In this document: one piece after another, positions 1-10,838 of the stretch
Layout of the letters: every line of letters starts with the position of its first letter
Position numbering within the stretch: the first letter of the stretch is position 1
Origin: an uncultured Gammaproteobacteria bacterium
Lineage (GTDB): Bacteria; Pseudomonadota; Gammaproteobacteria; Eutrophobiales; Eutrophobiaceae
NCBI GenBank assembly: GCA_963976795.1
Contig: CAXBLT010000017.1
Span: forward strand, 549 to 64,548
DNA: 64,000 nucleotides
Reading direction: 5' to 3'
Program-made: the position numbers and the translations under genes
The notes under the pieces: generated by a model
The model's input: the letters and a program-made list of their open reading frames with translations, nothing else
What the model was told of the DNA's origin: nothing
Database searches by the model: none

Positions 1-18
1 GACGCTATCTCAAATAAA

Positions 19-570
19 ATGAATCTATCAATTCGAGTTATACCTTTGTTTTTAAAGCGTATTATATTAGTAGCATCATTGTGCTGCTTAAGCGCATGCG
101 AATCAGAAATCGAATCTACCGATAATAAATTCATCGTATCTAGTGCCACTGACAATGAAACGACGGTTTTGCAAAAAGAATTGCCTGTTATTGCCGCACC
201 AGAAATTGAAAATAAAAGTTACTTGTTTGATATTACCAATCACAGTATTGAAGAACTTGAGGCCTTATTAGTCAGAGCAGAAGAAGTATCCCAAACACAT
301 CCCGATGATTTTGAAGACTTGGAAATCGTCATGATCATACATGGGCCCGATATCGATTTATTTACGAACCAGAATTATACCGAAAATAAACAACTCATTG
401 ATCTAGCTGCGCGTTTAGATGCCTATGATGTAATTGACATGCAGGTATGCGAAACAACCATGTCAATGCGTGGTGTGGACCGAGAGGATATCCCATCATT
501 TATCGAATCAGTTCCCTATGCCCCGCTCGAAATCAACCAACGCCTGCAAGATGGCTATATAAACCTTTAA
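19..570 (+). CDS. Putative lipoprotein. Signal peptide plus lipobox LSAC; possible DsrE/DsrF-like fold; function unknown
   Basis: N-terminal hydrophobic signal ending in L-S-A-C lipobox. Central motif IVMIIHGPDIDLF is reminiscent of the DsrE/YchN family. No firm homology recognised by eye. Confidence 0.4.
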   Translation: MNLSIRVIPLFLKRIILVASLCCLSACESEIESTDNKFIVSSATDNETTVLQKELPVIAAPEIENKSYLFDITNHSIEELEALLVRAEEVSQTHPDDFEDLEIVMIIHGPDIDLFTNQNYTENKQLIDLAARLDAYDVIDMQVCETTMSMRGVDREDIPSFIESVPYAPLEINQRLQDGYINL

Positions 571-717
571 TCTGCACAGAATCTTGTGTTGGAATTATTC
601 ATGAAAAGTCTCCACATGACAAAGAGGTGATATCAACTATGGTCAACCTTCAACACGACTTGACTAAGTTACTTCTACCTACGCTGCTCGGTTATGGTTT
701 GTAAAATAAACGTTTCA

Positions 718-1674
718 CTAAAAATGACGATAGGCATTAGCCTGAATATCATATGGCTCATCGTTATCATCCATTAGACTGAGTTCAGATTCTTGACTGG
801 TGATTGTGCCAATACGATAGACAGGGCAAATGGATTCCAGTTCTTTTAAAACTGAATCAGGCACCCCTGATGGCAGCGTAAAGCACAATTCATAATCATC
901 TCCACCGGTTAGTGCCAATTCGATAGCCATATCTTTATCCAGTTTTTTTAAACTATCTGAATAGGGTATTGTTGCCAGCTCTATATCAGCGCCAACCTTG
1001 CTCGATTTTAATATATGACCAAGATCGGCTAATAGACCATCCGAGATATCAATACAACTCGTTGCAACATTCCGTAAAGTAGCCCCTGTTTTTAGTCTGG
1101 CTTCAGGTCGGTGCAATCGTTGAACTTCTTCTTCGCTAGCTGATGGATATAGAACACTGTCTTCAATATTTTTAAGTGCGTACGCCGCTGCACCTAGTTT
1201 GCCGCTGACGTAGATCGCATCACCGGGATTGGCACCACTACGCCTCAATGATTTTCCTTTCGGATTAACACCATGTATTTGTACTGTTATTGATAATGGA
1301 CCTTTAGTCAGATCTCCTCCTACTAATACAAGGGAATGTTTTATCGCCAATTCATTGAAGCTAGAGGAAAACGCTTCTAACCATACAAGGTCTTTTTCTG
1401 GCAACGTCAATGACAAGCTAATCCAATATGGCTTTGCACCCATTGCTGCAATATCACTTAAACTCACGGCAAGTGATTTAATCGCGATATCTTCGGCTAA
1501 GGCATTCTCAAAAAAATGAACCCCGGAAACGAGTGTATCCATTGATAAGACCAATTCAGAATCATCAGGGACATTAATGATAGCCGCATCATCACCAATA
1601 CCTAAAGCAAGATCGCCTTTGCTGCTGGGGTAAGCATCTTTGAAAAAGCGTTCTATTATTTCAAATTCGTTCAT
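718..1674 (-). CDS. thiL: Thiamine-monophosphate kinase
   Basis: N-terminus MNEFEIIERFF...LGIGDDAA and SDGL...DLGHI motifs match the ThiL/AIR-synthase-related family. Conserved position downstream of nusB. Confidence 0.9.
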   Translation of the reverse strand: MNEFEIIERFFKDAYPSSKGDLALGIGDDAAIINVPDDSELVLSMDTLVSGVHFFENALAEDIAIKSLAVSLSDIAAMGAKPYWISLSLTLPEKDLVWLEAFSSSFNELAIKHSLVLVGGDLTKGPLSITVQIHGVNPKGKSLRRSGANPGDAIYVSGKLGAAAYALKNIEDSVLYPSASEEEVQRLHRPEARLKTGATLRNVATSCIDISDGLLADLGHILKSSKVGADIELATIPYSDSLKKLDKDMAIELALTGGDDYELCFTLPSGVPDSVLKELESICPVYRIGTITSQESELSLMDDNDEPYDIQANAYRHF

Positions 1675-1747
1675 GAAAAATTCGTGTAAGGATATTTCAG
1701 AAAATACCGATTTTACAGAATCACTTTAATAATACAGTTAAATATAT

Positions 1748-2203
1748 TTAACTAGCGTTGCTGATTTCTGTAGATCGTAACTCTTTAGCGACCTTATCGA
1801 GAATACTATTGATATATTTATGTGATTGTTCTGCACCAAACATTTTGGCTAATTCGATTGATTCATTGACAACGATACGCCAGGGTATTTCAATATGATG
1901 TTCTAGTTCATAACATCCGATATGTAAGATAGCGCGTTCGATCGCATCAAGTTCATCTACAGGTCGATCGATAAGATTGGTAAGCCTGAAATCAAGTTCA
2001 CTGCTATGTTTGATAGTCCCTCTTAATAAGAGTTTGAAATACTCAACGTCCGTTTTTGCCAGTGTCTGCTCGTCACTTTCAAACTCGGCAATGACATCAC
2101 TGACATCTTTCCCAGTCATAAACCATTCGTATAATGCCTGAACAGTATTCCGTCTAGCCTTAATTCGCGCACGTTTACTAACCGCAGTCATATTACTGCT
2201 CAT
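1748..2203 (-). CDS. nusB: Transcription antitermination factor NusB
   Basis: About 150 aa. ARR..ALQALYEW-like N-terminus. Sits in the conserved ribH-nusB-thiL arrangement. Confidence 0.9.
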   Translation of the reverse strand: MSSNMTAVSKRARIKARRNTVQALYEWFMTGKDVSDVIAEFESDEQTLAKTDVEYFKLLLRGTIKHSSELDFRLTNLIDRPVDELDAIERAILHIGCYELEHHIEIPWRIVVNESIELAKMFGAEQSHKYINSILDKVAKELRSTEISNAS

Positions 2204-2679
2204 GATTTTATTTTTTCCAACACACCAATCATCTCTAATGCTGCTGCTGCGGCTTCTGATCCTTTATTACTCTCTTCATCACCAGCCCTATCCATAGCCT
2301 GTTCGGAATTATCTACCGTTAAGACACCGAAGATAACCGGGACACCTGAATCAATGGCTAATTGCCCTACACCACGCGTGCATTCATTTGAGATGAAATC
2401 GAAATGAGGCGTTTCACCTCTAATAATTGCCCCAAGTGTGATGATTGCATCAAATTCATTCTGATCGAGTAATGTTTGAACGGCTACAGGGATTTCAAAT
2501 GCCCCCGGTACTTTAACTACAGTAATTGCTTCATTAGCCACTCCATTAGAATTAAGTGTCTTCACTGCCCCTTCATACAAACGGTCAACAATGAAACTGT
2601 TAAATCGACTGGCAACAATCGCAATTTTTACCGAACCAGTGTAGGTCTCTTTCTGCTCTATTAATGTTATCTCAGACAT
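2200..2679 (-). CDS. ribH: 6,7-dimethyl-8-ribityllumazine synthase
   Basis: 159 aa. IAIVASRFN...VPGAFEIP motif typical of RibH. Stop/start overlap with nusB. Confidence 0.92.
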   Translation of the reverse strand: MSEITLIEQKETYTGSVKIAIVASRFNSFIVDRLYEGAVKTLNSNGVANEAITVVKVPGAFEIPVAVQTLLDQNEFDAIITLGAIIRGETPHFDFISNECTRGVGQLAIDSGVPVIFGVLTVDNSEQAMDRAGDEESNKGSEAAAAALEMIGVLEKIKS

Positions 2680-2694
2680 AGCTTATTTTGTTTA

Positions 2695-3801
2695 TTAGTT
2701 TACGTATTCAATTACTTCCAGACCAAAACCTGACAAAGCATGTATGCGTTTTGGCGCACTAAGTACACGCATTTTTCGAACACCTAAATCAGAAAGAATC
2801 TGCGCACCCAATCCAATGGTTCGTAAATCTTTACTATTATTAGTATTGTTTGTTTCAACTTTTTGCGTATTAGTTTTATACGATTCGATCTGGTTGATCA
2901 ATTCCACAGGTTCATATTGATTGCATAAAATAACAATGACACCTGATTCTTCTTTAGCAAGTCGTCGTAAGACATCATCGACTGGCCATCCGCGATCTTT
3001 GGCAAGGCTGCCGGTGAGGTCTGAAATGGGGTTCTCTAAATGAACTCGAACCAGTGTTGGGGTCTCAGGATCCAGCTTGCCTTTGACCAAGGCGAGATGC
3101 AGTTTCTTTTCTACTTTATCCTGATACGCATGTAATACAAACTCACCATATTCTGTCGGAAAAATAGTTTCCGTCATGTGCTCTACCGTTTTTTCATTCT
3201 CTATACGATAGCGGATCAGATCGGCAATAGTCCCAATTTTTACACCATGTTCTTTAGCGAATTTCTCCAGGTCTGGTCGCCTGGCCATAGTCCCATCATC
3301 ATTTAAAATTTCAACGATAACCGCTGCTGATTCGAATCCAGCAAGCCTTGCCAGATCACAACCCGCCTCCGTATGACCTGCACGCGAGAGTACCCCTCCT
3401 GCTTGCGCCATCAATGGAAAAACATGGCCCGGTTGTACTAAATCGGTTGGCTTGGCATTTGGCGCCACTGCCTTTTGAATTGTAATAGCACGGTCTGCAG
3501 CAGAGATTCCTGTAGTCACACCTTCTGCAGCTTCGATTGATACCGTAAAATTTGTGCCAAAATTAGAATTTGAATTACTCGTCATTAATGGCAGATTCAA
3601 CTTTTGGCAATGCTCTCCCGTTAATGTTAAACATATCAGGCCACGACCGAATCGTGCCATAAAATTGATATCTTCCGAGCGAACACAAGAGGCCGCGATG
3701 ATTAAATCACCTTCATTCTCTCGATCTTCATCATCCATTAATATGACCATACGGCCATTACGGATTTCATCAATAATTTCTGACGTGGTATTAAGCGACA
3801 T
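2695..3801 (-). CDS. ribBA: Bifunctional 3,4-dihydroxy-2-butanone-4-phosphate synthase / GTP cyclohydrolase II
   Basis: N-terminal DHBP synthase motifs ([16 protein letters not shown]). C-terminal GTP cyclohydrolase II region. 368 aa. Confidence 0.92.
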   Translation of the reverse strand: MSLNTTSEIIDEIRNGRMVILMDDEDRENEGDLIIAASCVRSEDINFMARFGRGLICLTLTGEHCQKLNLPLMTSNSNSNFGTNFTVSIEAAEGVTTGISAADRAITIQKAVAPNAKPTDLVQPGHVFPLMAQAGGVLSRAGHTEAGCDLARLAGFESAAVIVEILNDDGTMARRPDLEKFAKEHGVKIGTIADLIRYRIENEKTVEHMTETIFPTEYGEFVLHAYQDKVEKKLHLALVKGKLDPETPTLVRVHLENPISDLTGSLAKDRGWPVDDVLRRLAKEESGVIVILCNQYEPVELINQIESYKTNTQKVETNNTNNSKDLRTIGLGAQILSDLGVRKMRVLSAPKRIHALSGFGLEVIEYVN

Positions 3802-3843
3802 AATATTTCTTTAATTTTTCAAGCAACTAGTAACTATACATTA

Positions 3844-4434
3844 TTATTTTACTATTAACTGATCTAGATATCTCGCTATCAGGTCAACCTCGATATTGAC
3901 TCGACTCCCGGCTTCATATCCCGAAAATATTGTTTCAGATAATGTATGCGGAATAATATTGACACTAAAGGTATTTCTCTCAACAGTGTTAATGGTCAAA
4001 CTGACCCCATCGACAGTCACAGATCCTTTTTTGGATAGATACCGACTTAATGTCGCAGGGATTTCAATCGTATAACGCACAGAACGCGCATCACCAGTCA
4101 AGTCTATAACCTGACCAATCCCATCTACGTGTCCGCTGACCATATGACCATTAAGGCGATCAGATAACTGCATTGCCTTTTCCAGATTGATACGAGAGCC
4201 AATACCCAGTTTCGAGAACGTCGTTAGTTTCAATGTTTCGTTAGATAAATCAGCTGCGAAAGAATCAGCGCCTTTATCGATTATTGTTAAGCACGCACCA
4301 TTGACTGCGATGCTATCCCCCACTTTTAAATCCGTTAGATCCATATTGCCTGTATTGAAGACAAAGCGACTATCACTATCATGCGCATCGATAGCGCTAA
4401 TCTCACCTGTGGTCTGAATAATACCTGTAAACAT
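3844..4434 (-). CDS. ribE: Riboflavin synthase alpha subunit
   Basis: MFTGII...G starts both internal lumazine-binding repeats. 196 aa. Sits in the rib operon. Confidence 0.9.
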   Translation of the reverse strand: MFTGIIQTTGEISAIDAHDSDSRFVFNTGNMDLTDLKVGDSIAVNGACLTIIDKGADSFAADLSNETLKLTTFSKLGIGSRINLEKAMQLSDRLNGHMVSGHVDGIGQVIDLTGDARSVRYTIEIPATLSRYLSKKGSVTVDGVSLTINTVERNTFSVNIIPHTLSETIFSGYEAGSRVNIEVDLIARYLDQLIVK

Positions 4435-4450
4435 AAATTATAATTTAATC

Positions 4451-5536
4451 TTAAAGTGTTAATGTGAATCGCAGGTCTTTACCTACTTGCCTAACATCCA
4501 CTATTTCCAGTCTTTTTGCGTCGTTGAGTTTTTCAAGTTGCTTTAACCTTACTAAAGGATTTGCATCATTACCAAGTAACACTGGTGCCATATACACCAC
4601 TAGTTCGTCGACTAACTCTTGTTCAATCAATACACCTGAAAAAGTAGCACCTGCTTCAACCATGAGTTCGTTAATCTCAAATTCTTGAGCCAAGTGTAAA
4701 AATATATCCTTCAACCATAACGCTGACCATGGAAGATGGACAACTGCTGCACCGAGATTTTCTAATTCATTAATGCGTGCATCGTTATCACTCTCTGTGT
4801 AAATAATGACTTGACCAGGAATACTGAATATCTTCGCCTGCGCCGATATTTTAAGTGTCCTGTCCACAACGACACGAATTGCCGGCTTAAAATCAAAACC
4901 CAGACCTCGCGCATTTAATGAGGCGTCATCTTTTATGAGTGTTTCAACACTGGTTAGAACTGCGCTACTTGCTGCACGTAATCGATGCACGTCACGCCGC
5001 GACAGTTCGGAACTAATCCATTGACTCTCACCATTAGCCAATGCAGTACGCCCATCCAGACTCATTGCCATTTTGATTCGTGTGTAAGGTAAATGCTGTG
5101 TCATTCGTTTAATGAACCCAGGATTTAGCTTACGAGCCTCTGTTTCAAGTAAACCTTGTTTAACATTGATACCTGCATTTTCAAGTTTTTTTATACTTGA
5201 ACCTGCAACAAGCGGATTAGGATCAGTCATGGCAATAATGACATCCGCCACCTTTGAATTGATTAACGCTTCAACACAAGGTGGTGTTCGTCCTTGATGA
5301 GTACAGGGTTCCAGCGTCACATAGACAGTAGCACCTGAGACATCATTACAATTATTAAGCGCATTTATCTCAGCATGTGCTTGACCCGTGACAGCGTGCC
5401 ATCCTTCTGAGATAACTTGATTGTCTCTGCTAATAACACAGCCAACTCGTGGATTTGGATCGCAACTATAACGTCCACGTTTTGCCAGTTGAATGGCACG
5501 CGACATAAATTGAAAATCTTGTGCTGTCCACGTCAA
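4451..5536 (-). CDS. ribD: Bifunctional riboflavin biosynthesis deaminase/reductase RibD
   Basis: CMP/dCMP deaminase zinc motif HAE...PCxxC in the N-terminal half. Reductase domain in the C-terminal half. Confidence 0.9.
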   Translation of the reverse strand: MTWTAQDFQFMSRAIQLAKRGRYSCDPNPRVGCVISRDNQVISEGWHAVTGQAHAEINALNNCNDVSGATVYVTLEPCTHQGRTPPCVEALINSKVADVIIAMTDPNPLVAGSSIKKLENAGINVKQGLLETEARKLNPGFIKRMTQHLPYTRIKMAMSLDGRTALANGESQWISSELSRRDVHRLRAASSAVLTSVETLIKDDASLNARGLGFDFKPAIRVVVDRTLKISAQAKIFSIPGQVIIYTESDNDARINELENLGAAVVHLPWSALWLKDIFLHLAQEFEINELMVEAGATFSGVLIEQELVDELVVYMAPVLLGNDANPLVRLKQLEKLNDAKRLEIVDVRQVGKDLRFTLTL

Positions 5537-6051
5537 TTCTCATCACCATCAGTATCAGTATCAAGAAAATCAAGTTGACTCTTTTTTAATTCAGGTGGGA
5601 GTTCATGTTCGAGACGTTCTATTTCTTCTAAAAACGCGCGCACATCTTCAAAGCTTCTATAGACTGAGGCGAATCGAACATAGGCAACCTGATCCAGACT
5701 ACGTAATTGTTCCATGACCCAATCACCAACCCGTATTGATTTAACCTCACGATCACCCGTTGCTCGTAATTTATGCATTATATTTGAGACAGCAAGCTCA
5801 ACGCGTTCCATCTCAACTGGTCGTTTCTCAATAGCCCGTAAAATACCTCCACGTAATTTTTCTTCCTTGAATGGCTCGCGTCTACCGTCTGATTTTATGA
5901 TACGAGGGAAATTGAGTTCAGCTGATTCGTAAGTTGTATAACGCTCTTTGCACTTTGTGCATTCACGGCGACGACGGATCTGATTACCTTCACCAACAAG
6001 TCGTGAATCGATAACGCGTGTATCAGGATCTGCACAAAAAGGGCAATGCAT
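5533..6051 (-). CDS. nrdR: Transcriptional repressor NrdR
   Basis: N-terminus MHCPFC...CxxC zinc ribbon plus ATP-cone. About 150-170 aa. Conserved upstream of ribD. Confidence 0.93.
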   Translation of the reverse strand: MHCPFCADPDTRVIDSRLVGEGNQIRRRRECTKCKERYTTYESAELNFPRIIKSDGRREPFKEEKLRGGILRAIEKRPVEMERVELAVSNIMHKLRATGDREVKSIRVGDWVMEQLRSLDQVAYVRFASVYRSFEDVRAFLEEIERLEHELPPELKKSQLDFLDTDTDGDEN

Positions 6052-6070
6052 TTACTATCTACCTATTTCA

Positions 6071-6121
6071 GGTTCCAAAATAAACAAGGGATTGCCAGAA
6101 AAGTATATCAGGCAACCCCTT
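6071..6121 (-). terminator. Putative rho-independent terminator downstream of glyA
   Basis: An 11-bp inverted repeat, aagggattgcc...ggcaacccctt, with one G-U wobble. It is followed on the minus strand by a T-rich run (gtttattttgg) and lies immediately 3' of the glyA stop. Confidence 0.5.
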
Positions 6122-6146
6122 ACACAAACAAACACTTACATAATGA

Positions 6147-7415
6147 TTACTTCAAGTCATCATTAGATTCATATAATGGGCGGCTCTTACAAAGTGTTAA
6201 AACTTCACCTTTAACACGTTCGATTACAGAATCATCACCAACATTGTCCATAATGTCACAACACCAGTCTGCAACCTGTTTTGAATCTGCTTCATCAAAA
6301 CCACGTGTTGTAATTGATGGTGTACCAATTCGTATGCCGCTAGTCACGAAAGGAGACTGTGGATCATTTGGCACGGCATTCTTATTTACCGTTATATTTG
6401 CACGACCCAATGCTGCATCAACCTCTTTACCTGTCAGGCCTTTCTCAACCATATCTACCAGGAATAAGTGATTATCTGTACCACCTGAAACAATCTTCAA
6501 ACCACGTTCTACAAAGGTTTCTGCCATCGCACTGGCATTCTTCTTGACCTGCTGGATATAAGTTTTGAAACTTGGTTCCATACATTCTTTGAAAGCAACT
6601 GCTTTTGCAGCGATGGTATGCATATGCGGGCCACCTTGATAAGCTGGGAATACCATGAAGTTAATCTTCTTTTGAATATCTTCATTGGCTTTGCCCATGA
6701 TAATACCTGAACGGGGACCACGTAAGGTCTTGTGTGTTGTCGATGTCGTGACATCTGCGAACGGCACTGGACTTGGATATTCGCCAGTAGCGACGAGTCC
6801 TGCAACATGGGCAATATCAGCAACGAGGATAGCCCCTACCTTATCAGAGATCTCACGGAAGCGTTCCCAATCTACAATACGTGAATAGGCAGAAAACCCG
6901 GTCATTATTAATTTTGGTTTATGTTCTAATGCCAGTTCTTCGGCTTGGTCATAATCGATATAACCCTTATCATCCAGGCCATACTGGACAGCATCATAGA
7001 CGCGTCCTGATACGTTTACCGAAGCACCATGAGTTAAGTGGCCACCATGAGCCAAACTCATGCCCATGATTTTATCACCCGGATTGATTAGTGCCAGGTA
7101 GACAGCACCATTTGCTTGTGAGCCAGAGTGCGGTTGTACATTTGCCCAATCAGCGCCAAATAGTTCCATTGCTCGATCGATGGCCAGTTGTTCAGCAACA
7201 TCAACATATTCGCAACCACCGTAGTAGCGTTTTCCTGGGTAACCTTCCGCATATTTATTGGTCAGCACCGAACCCTGGCACTCTAATACCCGTGGGCTGG
7301 TCATATTTTCTGACGCTATTAACTCAATATGTTCTTCCTGACGACGTCGCTCGCCTTCCATTGCAGCAAAGAGCTCATCATCATATCCTGCCACTTTACA
7401 GTCTTTAGTAAACAT
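6147..7415 (-). CDS. glyA: Serine hydroxymethyltransferase
   Basis: 422 aa. PLP-binding motif [12 protein letters not shown]. Canonical glyA-nrdR linkage. Confidence 0.95.
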   Translation of the reverse strand: MFTKDCKVAGYDDELFAAMEGERRRQEEHIELIASENMTSPRVLECQGSVLTNKYAEGYPGKRYYGGCEYVDVAEQLAIDRAMELFGADWANVQPHSGSQANGAVYLALINPGDKIMGMSLAHGGHLTHGASVNVSGRVYDAVQYGLDDKGYIDYDQAEELALEHKPKLIMTGFSAYSRIVDWERFREISDKVGAILVADIAHVAGLVATGEYPSPVPFADVTTSTTHKTLRGPRSGIIMGKANEDIQKKINFMVFPAYQGGPHMHTIAAKAVAFKECMEPSFKTYIQQVKKNASAMAETFVERGLKIVSGGTDNHLFLVDMVEKGLTGKEVDAALGRANITVNKNAVPNDPQSPFVTSGIRIGTPSITTRGFDEADSKQVADWCCDIMDNVGDDSVIERVKGEVLTLCKSRPLYESNDDLK

Positions 7416-7931
7416 ACGTTTCCCTCAATTATTAATTAAAAATGTTGAAATAGTGAATTGTGTTCGTAGTACTTGTCACTGTTTTCCTATTTATTATTGT
7501 CAGTGAATCACTCTAGTACAGTCTGGAAAAACTACGTTAAACCTAAATGTCGATAAGATGGTGCTTTATGCTAGCTATTTTTATTTAGCCACCAACGATA
7601 TTATTGTTTTTGTCGTAATCGACTTACCCCTTATTACATCACCTCTTTTCAAGCAGAGGCGAATATTACCAAAACCTCTCAGCCAATGCATTGATGTGCT
7701 AAAGCAAATTTTCAATAGTGAAAGTTCCAGCAAAACTTATCGACCATTACCCTCTTATCTCATTGAATAATATAGGTTTTTATTATGTTTAATATGCGCA
7801 TTTTTTATGAAGATATTTCGTAAGCTGCCGATAACTTAATTAGAGCCTCTGATCACAGGAGATGAGAAATGCGGACAACGAAAAATCATCCGAACTTCAG
7901 AAATAAATCATATAAAACAATGAGATAGAAA

Positions 7932-10763
7932 ATGCCTGTCAACCCAGAACAAGACTTAAAACCTAGCCTTGGTAGCGTAGAAACCCACTTCCTTAAGATT
8001 AACCAACAGCGAATCGAACTCACCCGCCAGGGACTCAGTGAGCGCCAAGCCAAATTTATTGAGCTTTTGCCTCTCCTTTTTCATGAGAATAACCCAAGTC
8101 TGCCGGGTTATATTAACGATGCTACGCCAGCAGGTATATCCGAATACGCCCCAGAACAGTCAACGATAAAAATCGCCAAAGGTTTTTTTAAGGACTACAA
8201 AATAACTCGGCGTGCACGCCGGATTATGGATATACATGGTATATATTTTATGGGTAGCAGTGGCTCGATAGCTTATAACAGCAAAAGTGATTTTGATGTC
8301 TGGTTATTACATTCCTCATCATTGGATGCAGACGCCATAGACCTTGTTCAGAAAAAAGCCAGTGCCATTGAACAGTGGGCCGATCAAGAACTGCACCTCG
8401 AAGTGCACTTTTTTGTTTTCTCAGCAGAAGAATTTAAGCACGGAGTACAACAAGGACTGTCTTCAGAGAGTAGTGGTTCTGCTCAACATTATCTATTACT
8501 GGATGAATTTTATCGTTCCAGTTTATTAATCGCTGGAAAAATACCCACATGGTGGCTGGTGCCCCCAGAACACGAACAGCGTTATGATGTTTATATCGAA
8601 GAAATGGCCCAGAAAGGCAAGATTAAACCTACAGACAGTATTGATTTTGGTGCTGTTGCAGATATACCCGCATCAGAATTTTTTGGCGCAGCCGTATGGC
8701 AACTCTATAAAAGCATTCATTCACCCTATAAATCACTAATGAAACTTCTACTTATGGAAGTTTATGCGAGCGAATATCCTTCAATACCATTATTAAGCAT
8801 GATGTTTAAAGAAGCCGTATATCAAGGTGTCGAAACGCTTGATGACCTTGATCCCTACTTAATGATGTATAAAAAGGTCGAAGAATACTTAATGGTTAGA
8901 AATCAGCGTGAACGTCTTGAGCTATTTCGACAATGTTTTTACGTAAAAATAAAAGAGCCGCTGAGTCACGAAGTTAAAAAGAAAAGTTGGCGCAGAGATC
9001 TATTCAAGCAAGTAGTACTGGATTGGGGCTGGACACAAGATCAATTCAAGACAATGGATACTAAGAATGAATGGCAAATCAATATGATTGCCCAGCAACG
9101 AAATCGCTTAATGAATGCTTTAACCGAAAGTTATCGTTTCCTCTCCGCATTTGCCAGAAAAAACACCGAAGTCTCTCGAGTTAGCCAGACGGAGTTGCAT
9201 GTCCTGGGCCGTAAACTATATGTTGCATTTGAGCGTAAGGCTGGCAAGGTCGATATTATTAACCGTAATAATGACACCAACATAAACTATTCTAAAATCA
9301 CGATTTACCAAAAGAAAAATCCGTCAGGAAAAGATAGCTGGCAAATGTATCAGGGCCATATAAATGTACAAGTTATCAATGATTACAAGCCTATCAAACG
9401 TGCGAACAGTGTCATCGAATTAGTTACATGGGCCTATTTTAATAAGATTATAGACTCTCACTCCGCTATATCGTTAACTAATAGTGATGAGTTAACCGTT
9501 AAAGAATTAAGACAAATCCTCATGTCTTTTGAAGAAGAATTTCCATCCCGGCAACTACCGGAAGCTGATTTTAATTCACTCAATCAGGCAGCGCAGGTAC
9601 AGCATGCTTGTGTTTACATTAATGTAGGCTACATTCCGCAAGGCGGCACAAAAGATACTGTCCATCATGTCTCAAGTGTTAGAGACAATATACTCAGCTA
9701 TGGTGGTCAGCATAGCAATCTTGCCTATAGCTTTGATTTACTAATATGCACCACTTGGGAAGAATTACTGACATTCAGATTTGAAGGAACCGATGCATTA
9801 TTACAATGTATTTGTGAGTACTTGCGTTGGACAACACTTGGTGGCGCATCAAGGCCACCTGAGTTAAACGCCTTTAGTTACTCATCGAGCTATGGCTCAA
9901 GCATTACTCGGCGTATTGAAGAAATCATGCTTAATATCACTTCTGAATACTATGGAAAACAGCTACACGAAAACACACGTTATGTCATCGAGATTGAAGA
10001 CTCTCATCACATTCTTTTCAATGAAGAAGGTCGTCTGCAATATAAATACATTGGTTCTGACACCCACTTGTTACGTAGTCTAGCCACTCCCAATAGTAAA
10101 TTCAGCCCCGTTTTTTTCGATAATAAAACACATGGTAGCAACGTCATTCGGGACTTATTTAAATACAATAAACCTGAGTGCATACAACTATTTTATTCAA
10201 CGAATAACAATATGGCCGACATCTACATTATTGATGAAAATGGTTCTTTATTTTTTCAGACCATACCGTTTCATGATAGTCAGGCATTGATCAATCATTT
10301 TGATCTTTTCTTCAAGGCGACAATTAATCGACGCACATTTCTCATACTAGATTCAGAATCAAACATTGATACTCTGGAGATTGAATTTTATTCAATCCAT
10401 TATGACAAAACAGGAAAACTAAACATAAAGAAAATAGACACTAAAATCCGGGAAAACAATCGCCGTTTCTTCAATATACAGGTCATTGGTAGTCCGGACG
10501 ACGAACATAACTCCTTATGTGTCTTCTGCGAAGATACAGAGTTTTCCTTTATAGAACATGGTAAAGACTTATTTAATGTAGTTGCCAATCACATCATAAA
10601 ACAGCGTGCTAACGGTCAAAAGTATCCTATCTATATTACCGATATTGATATATCACGCGGTCTTATAAACCAGATTGAACCAAAAAGTCTACAAACCGTA
10701 CATTATCTGAATTATAAAAAACGTATTGAAGACAAACTCAATCAAGCTATCGCAATAAGCTAA
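7932..10763 (+). CDS. cyaA: Class I adenylate cyclase
   Basis: Long stretches are near-identical in pattern to enterobacterial CyaA, for example HYLLLDEFYR, FGAAVWQLYKSIHSPYK and CFYVK. 943 aa with a C-terminal regulatory region. Confidence 0.85.
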   Translation: MPVNPEQDLKPSLGSVETHFLKINQQRIELTRQGLSERQAKFIELLPLLFHENNPSLPGYINDATPAGISEYAPEQSTIKIAKGFFKDYKITRRARRIMDIHGIYFMGSSGSIAYNSKSDFDVWLLHSSSLDADAIDLVQKKASAIEQWADQELHLEVHFFVFSAEEFKHGVQQGLSSESSGSAQHYLLLDEFYRSSLLIAGKIPTWWLVPPEHEQRYDVYIEEMAQKGKIKPTDSIDFGAVADIPASEFFGAAVWQLYKSIHSPYKSLMKLLLMEVYASEYPSIPLLSMMFKEAVYQGVETLDDLDPYLMMYKKVEEYLMVRNQRERLELFRQCFYVKIKEPLSHEVKKKSWRRDLFKQVVLDWGWTQDQFKTMDTKNEWQINMIAQQRNRLMNALTESYRFLSAFARKNTEVSRVSQTELHVLGRKLYVAFERKAGKVDIINRNNDTNINYSKITIYQKKNPSGKDSWQMYQGHINVQVINDYKPIKRANSVIELVTWAYFNKIIDSHSAISLTNSDELTVKELRQILMSFEEEFPSRQLPEADFNSLNQAAQVQHACVYINVGYIPQGGTKDTVHHVSSVRDNILSYGGQHSNLAYSFDLLICTTWEELLTFRFEGTDALLQCICEYLRWTTLGGASRPPELNAFSYSSSYGSSITRRIEEIMLNITSEYYGKQLHENTRYVIEIEDSHHILFNEEGRLQYKYIGSDTHLLRSLATPNSKFSPVFFDNKTHGSNVIRDLFKYNKPECIQLFYSTNNNMADIYIIDENGSLFFQTIPFHDSQALINHFDLFFKATINRRTFLILDSESNIDTLEIEFYSIHYDKTGKLNIKKIDTKIRENNRRFFNIQVIGSPDDEHNSLCVFCEDTEFSFIEHGKDLFNVVANHIIKQRANGQKYPIYITDIDISRGLINQIEPKSLQTVHYLNYKKRIEDKLNQAIAIS

Positions 10764-10838
10764 TCGGTCAACATTCTGGAGAATATGACAGCAGACTAAA
10801 GTATAATCACACGTTGGTATTAATACTTTGGTGTCATC

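Noticed and set aside
447-704. 85-aa + strand ORF overlapping the 3' end of the lipoprotein gene
   Set aside because: It overlaps a better-supported ORF in another frame. It has no RBS and a low-complexity Cys/Pro-rich translation typical of an off-frame artefact.
1229-1519. Antisense ORFs inside thiL, ribBA, glyA, mfd, gyrA, purL, pyrG and others (many 60-140-aa entries in the six-frame track)
   Set aside because: All are embedded in strongly supported conserved genes on the opposite strand or in another frame. None has a credible start or RBS. They are expected by chance in long ORFs.
6052-6146. Possible FMN or other riboswitch near the rib genes
   Set aside because: The rib genes here are internal to an nrdR-ribD-ribE-ribBA-ribH-nusB-thiL run. 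The only structured element found is a simple terminator hairpin after glyA. No RFN-like conserved core was recognisable by eye.
7558-7770. 70-aa ORF in the glyA/cyaA divergent intergenic region
   Set aside because: It has no SD, and its AT-rich low-complexity translation resembles promoter DNA. It is more likely regulatory sequence than a gene.
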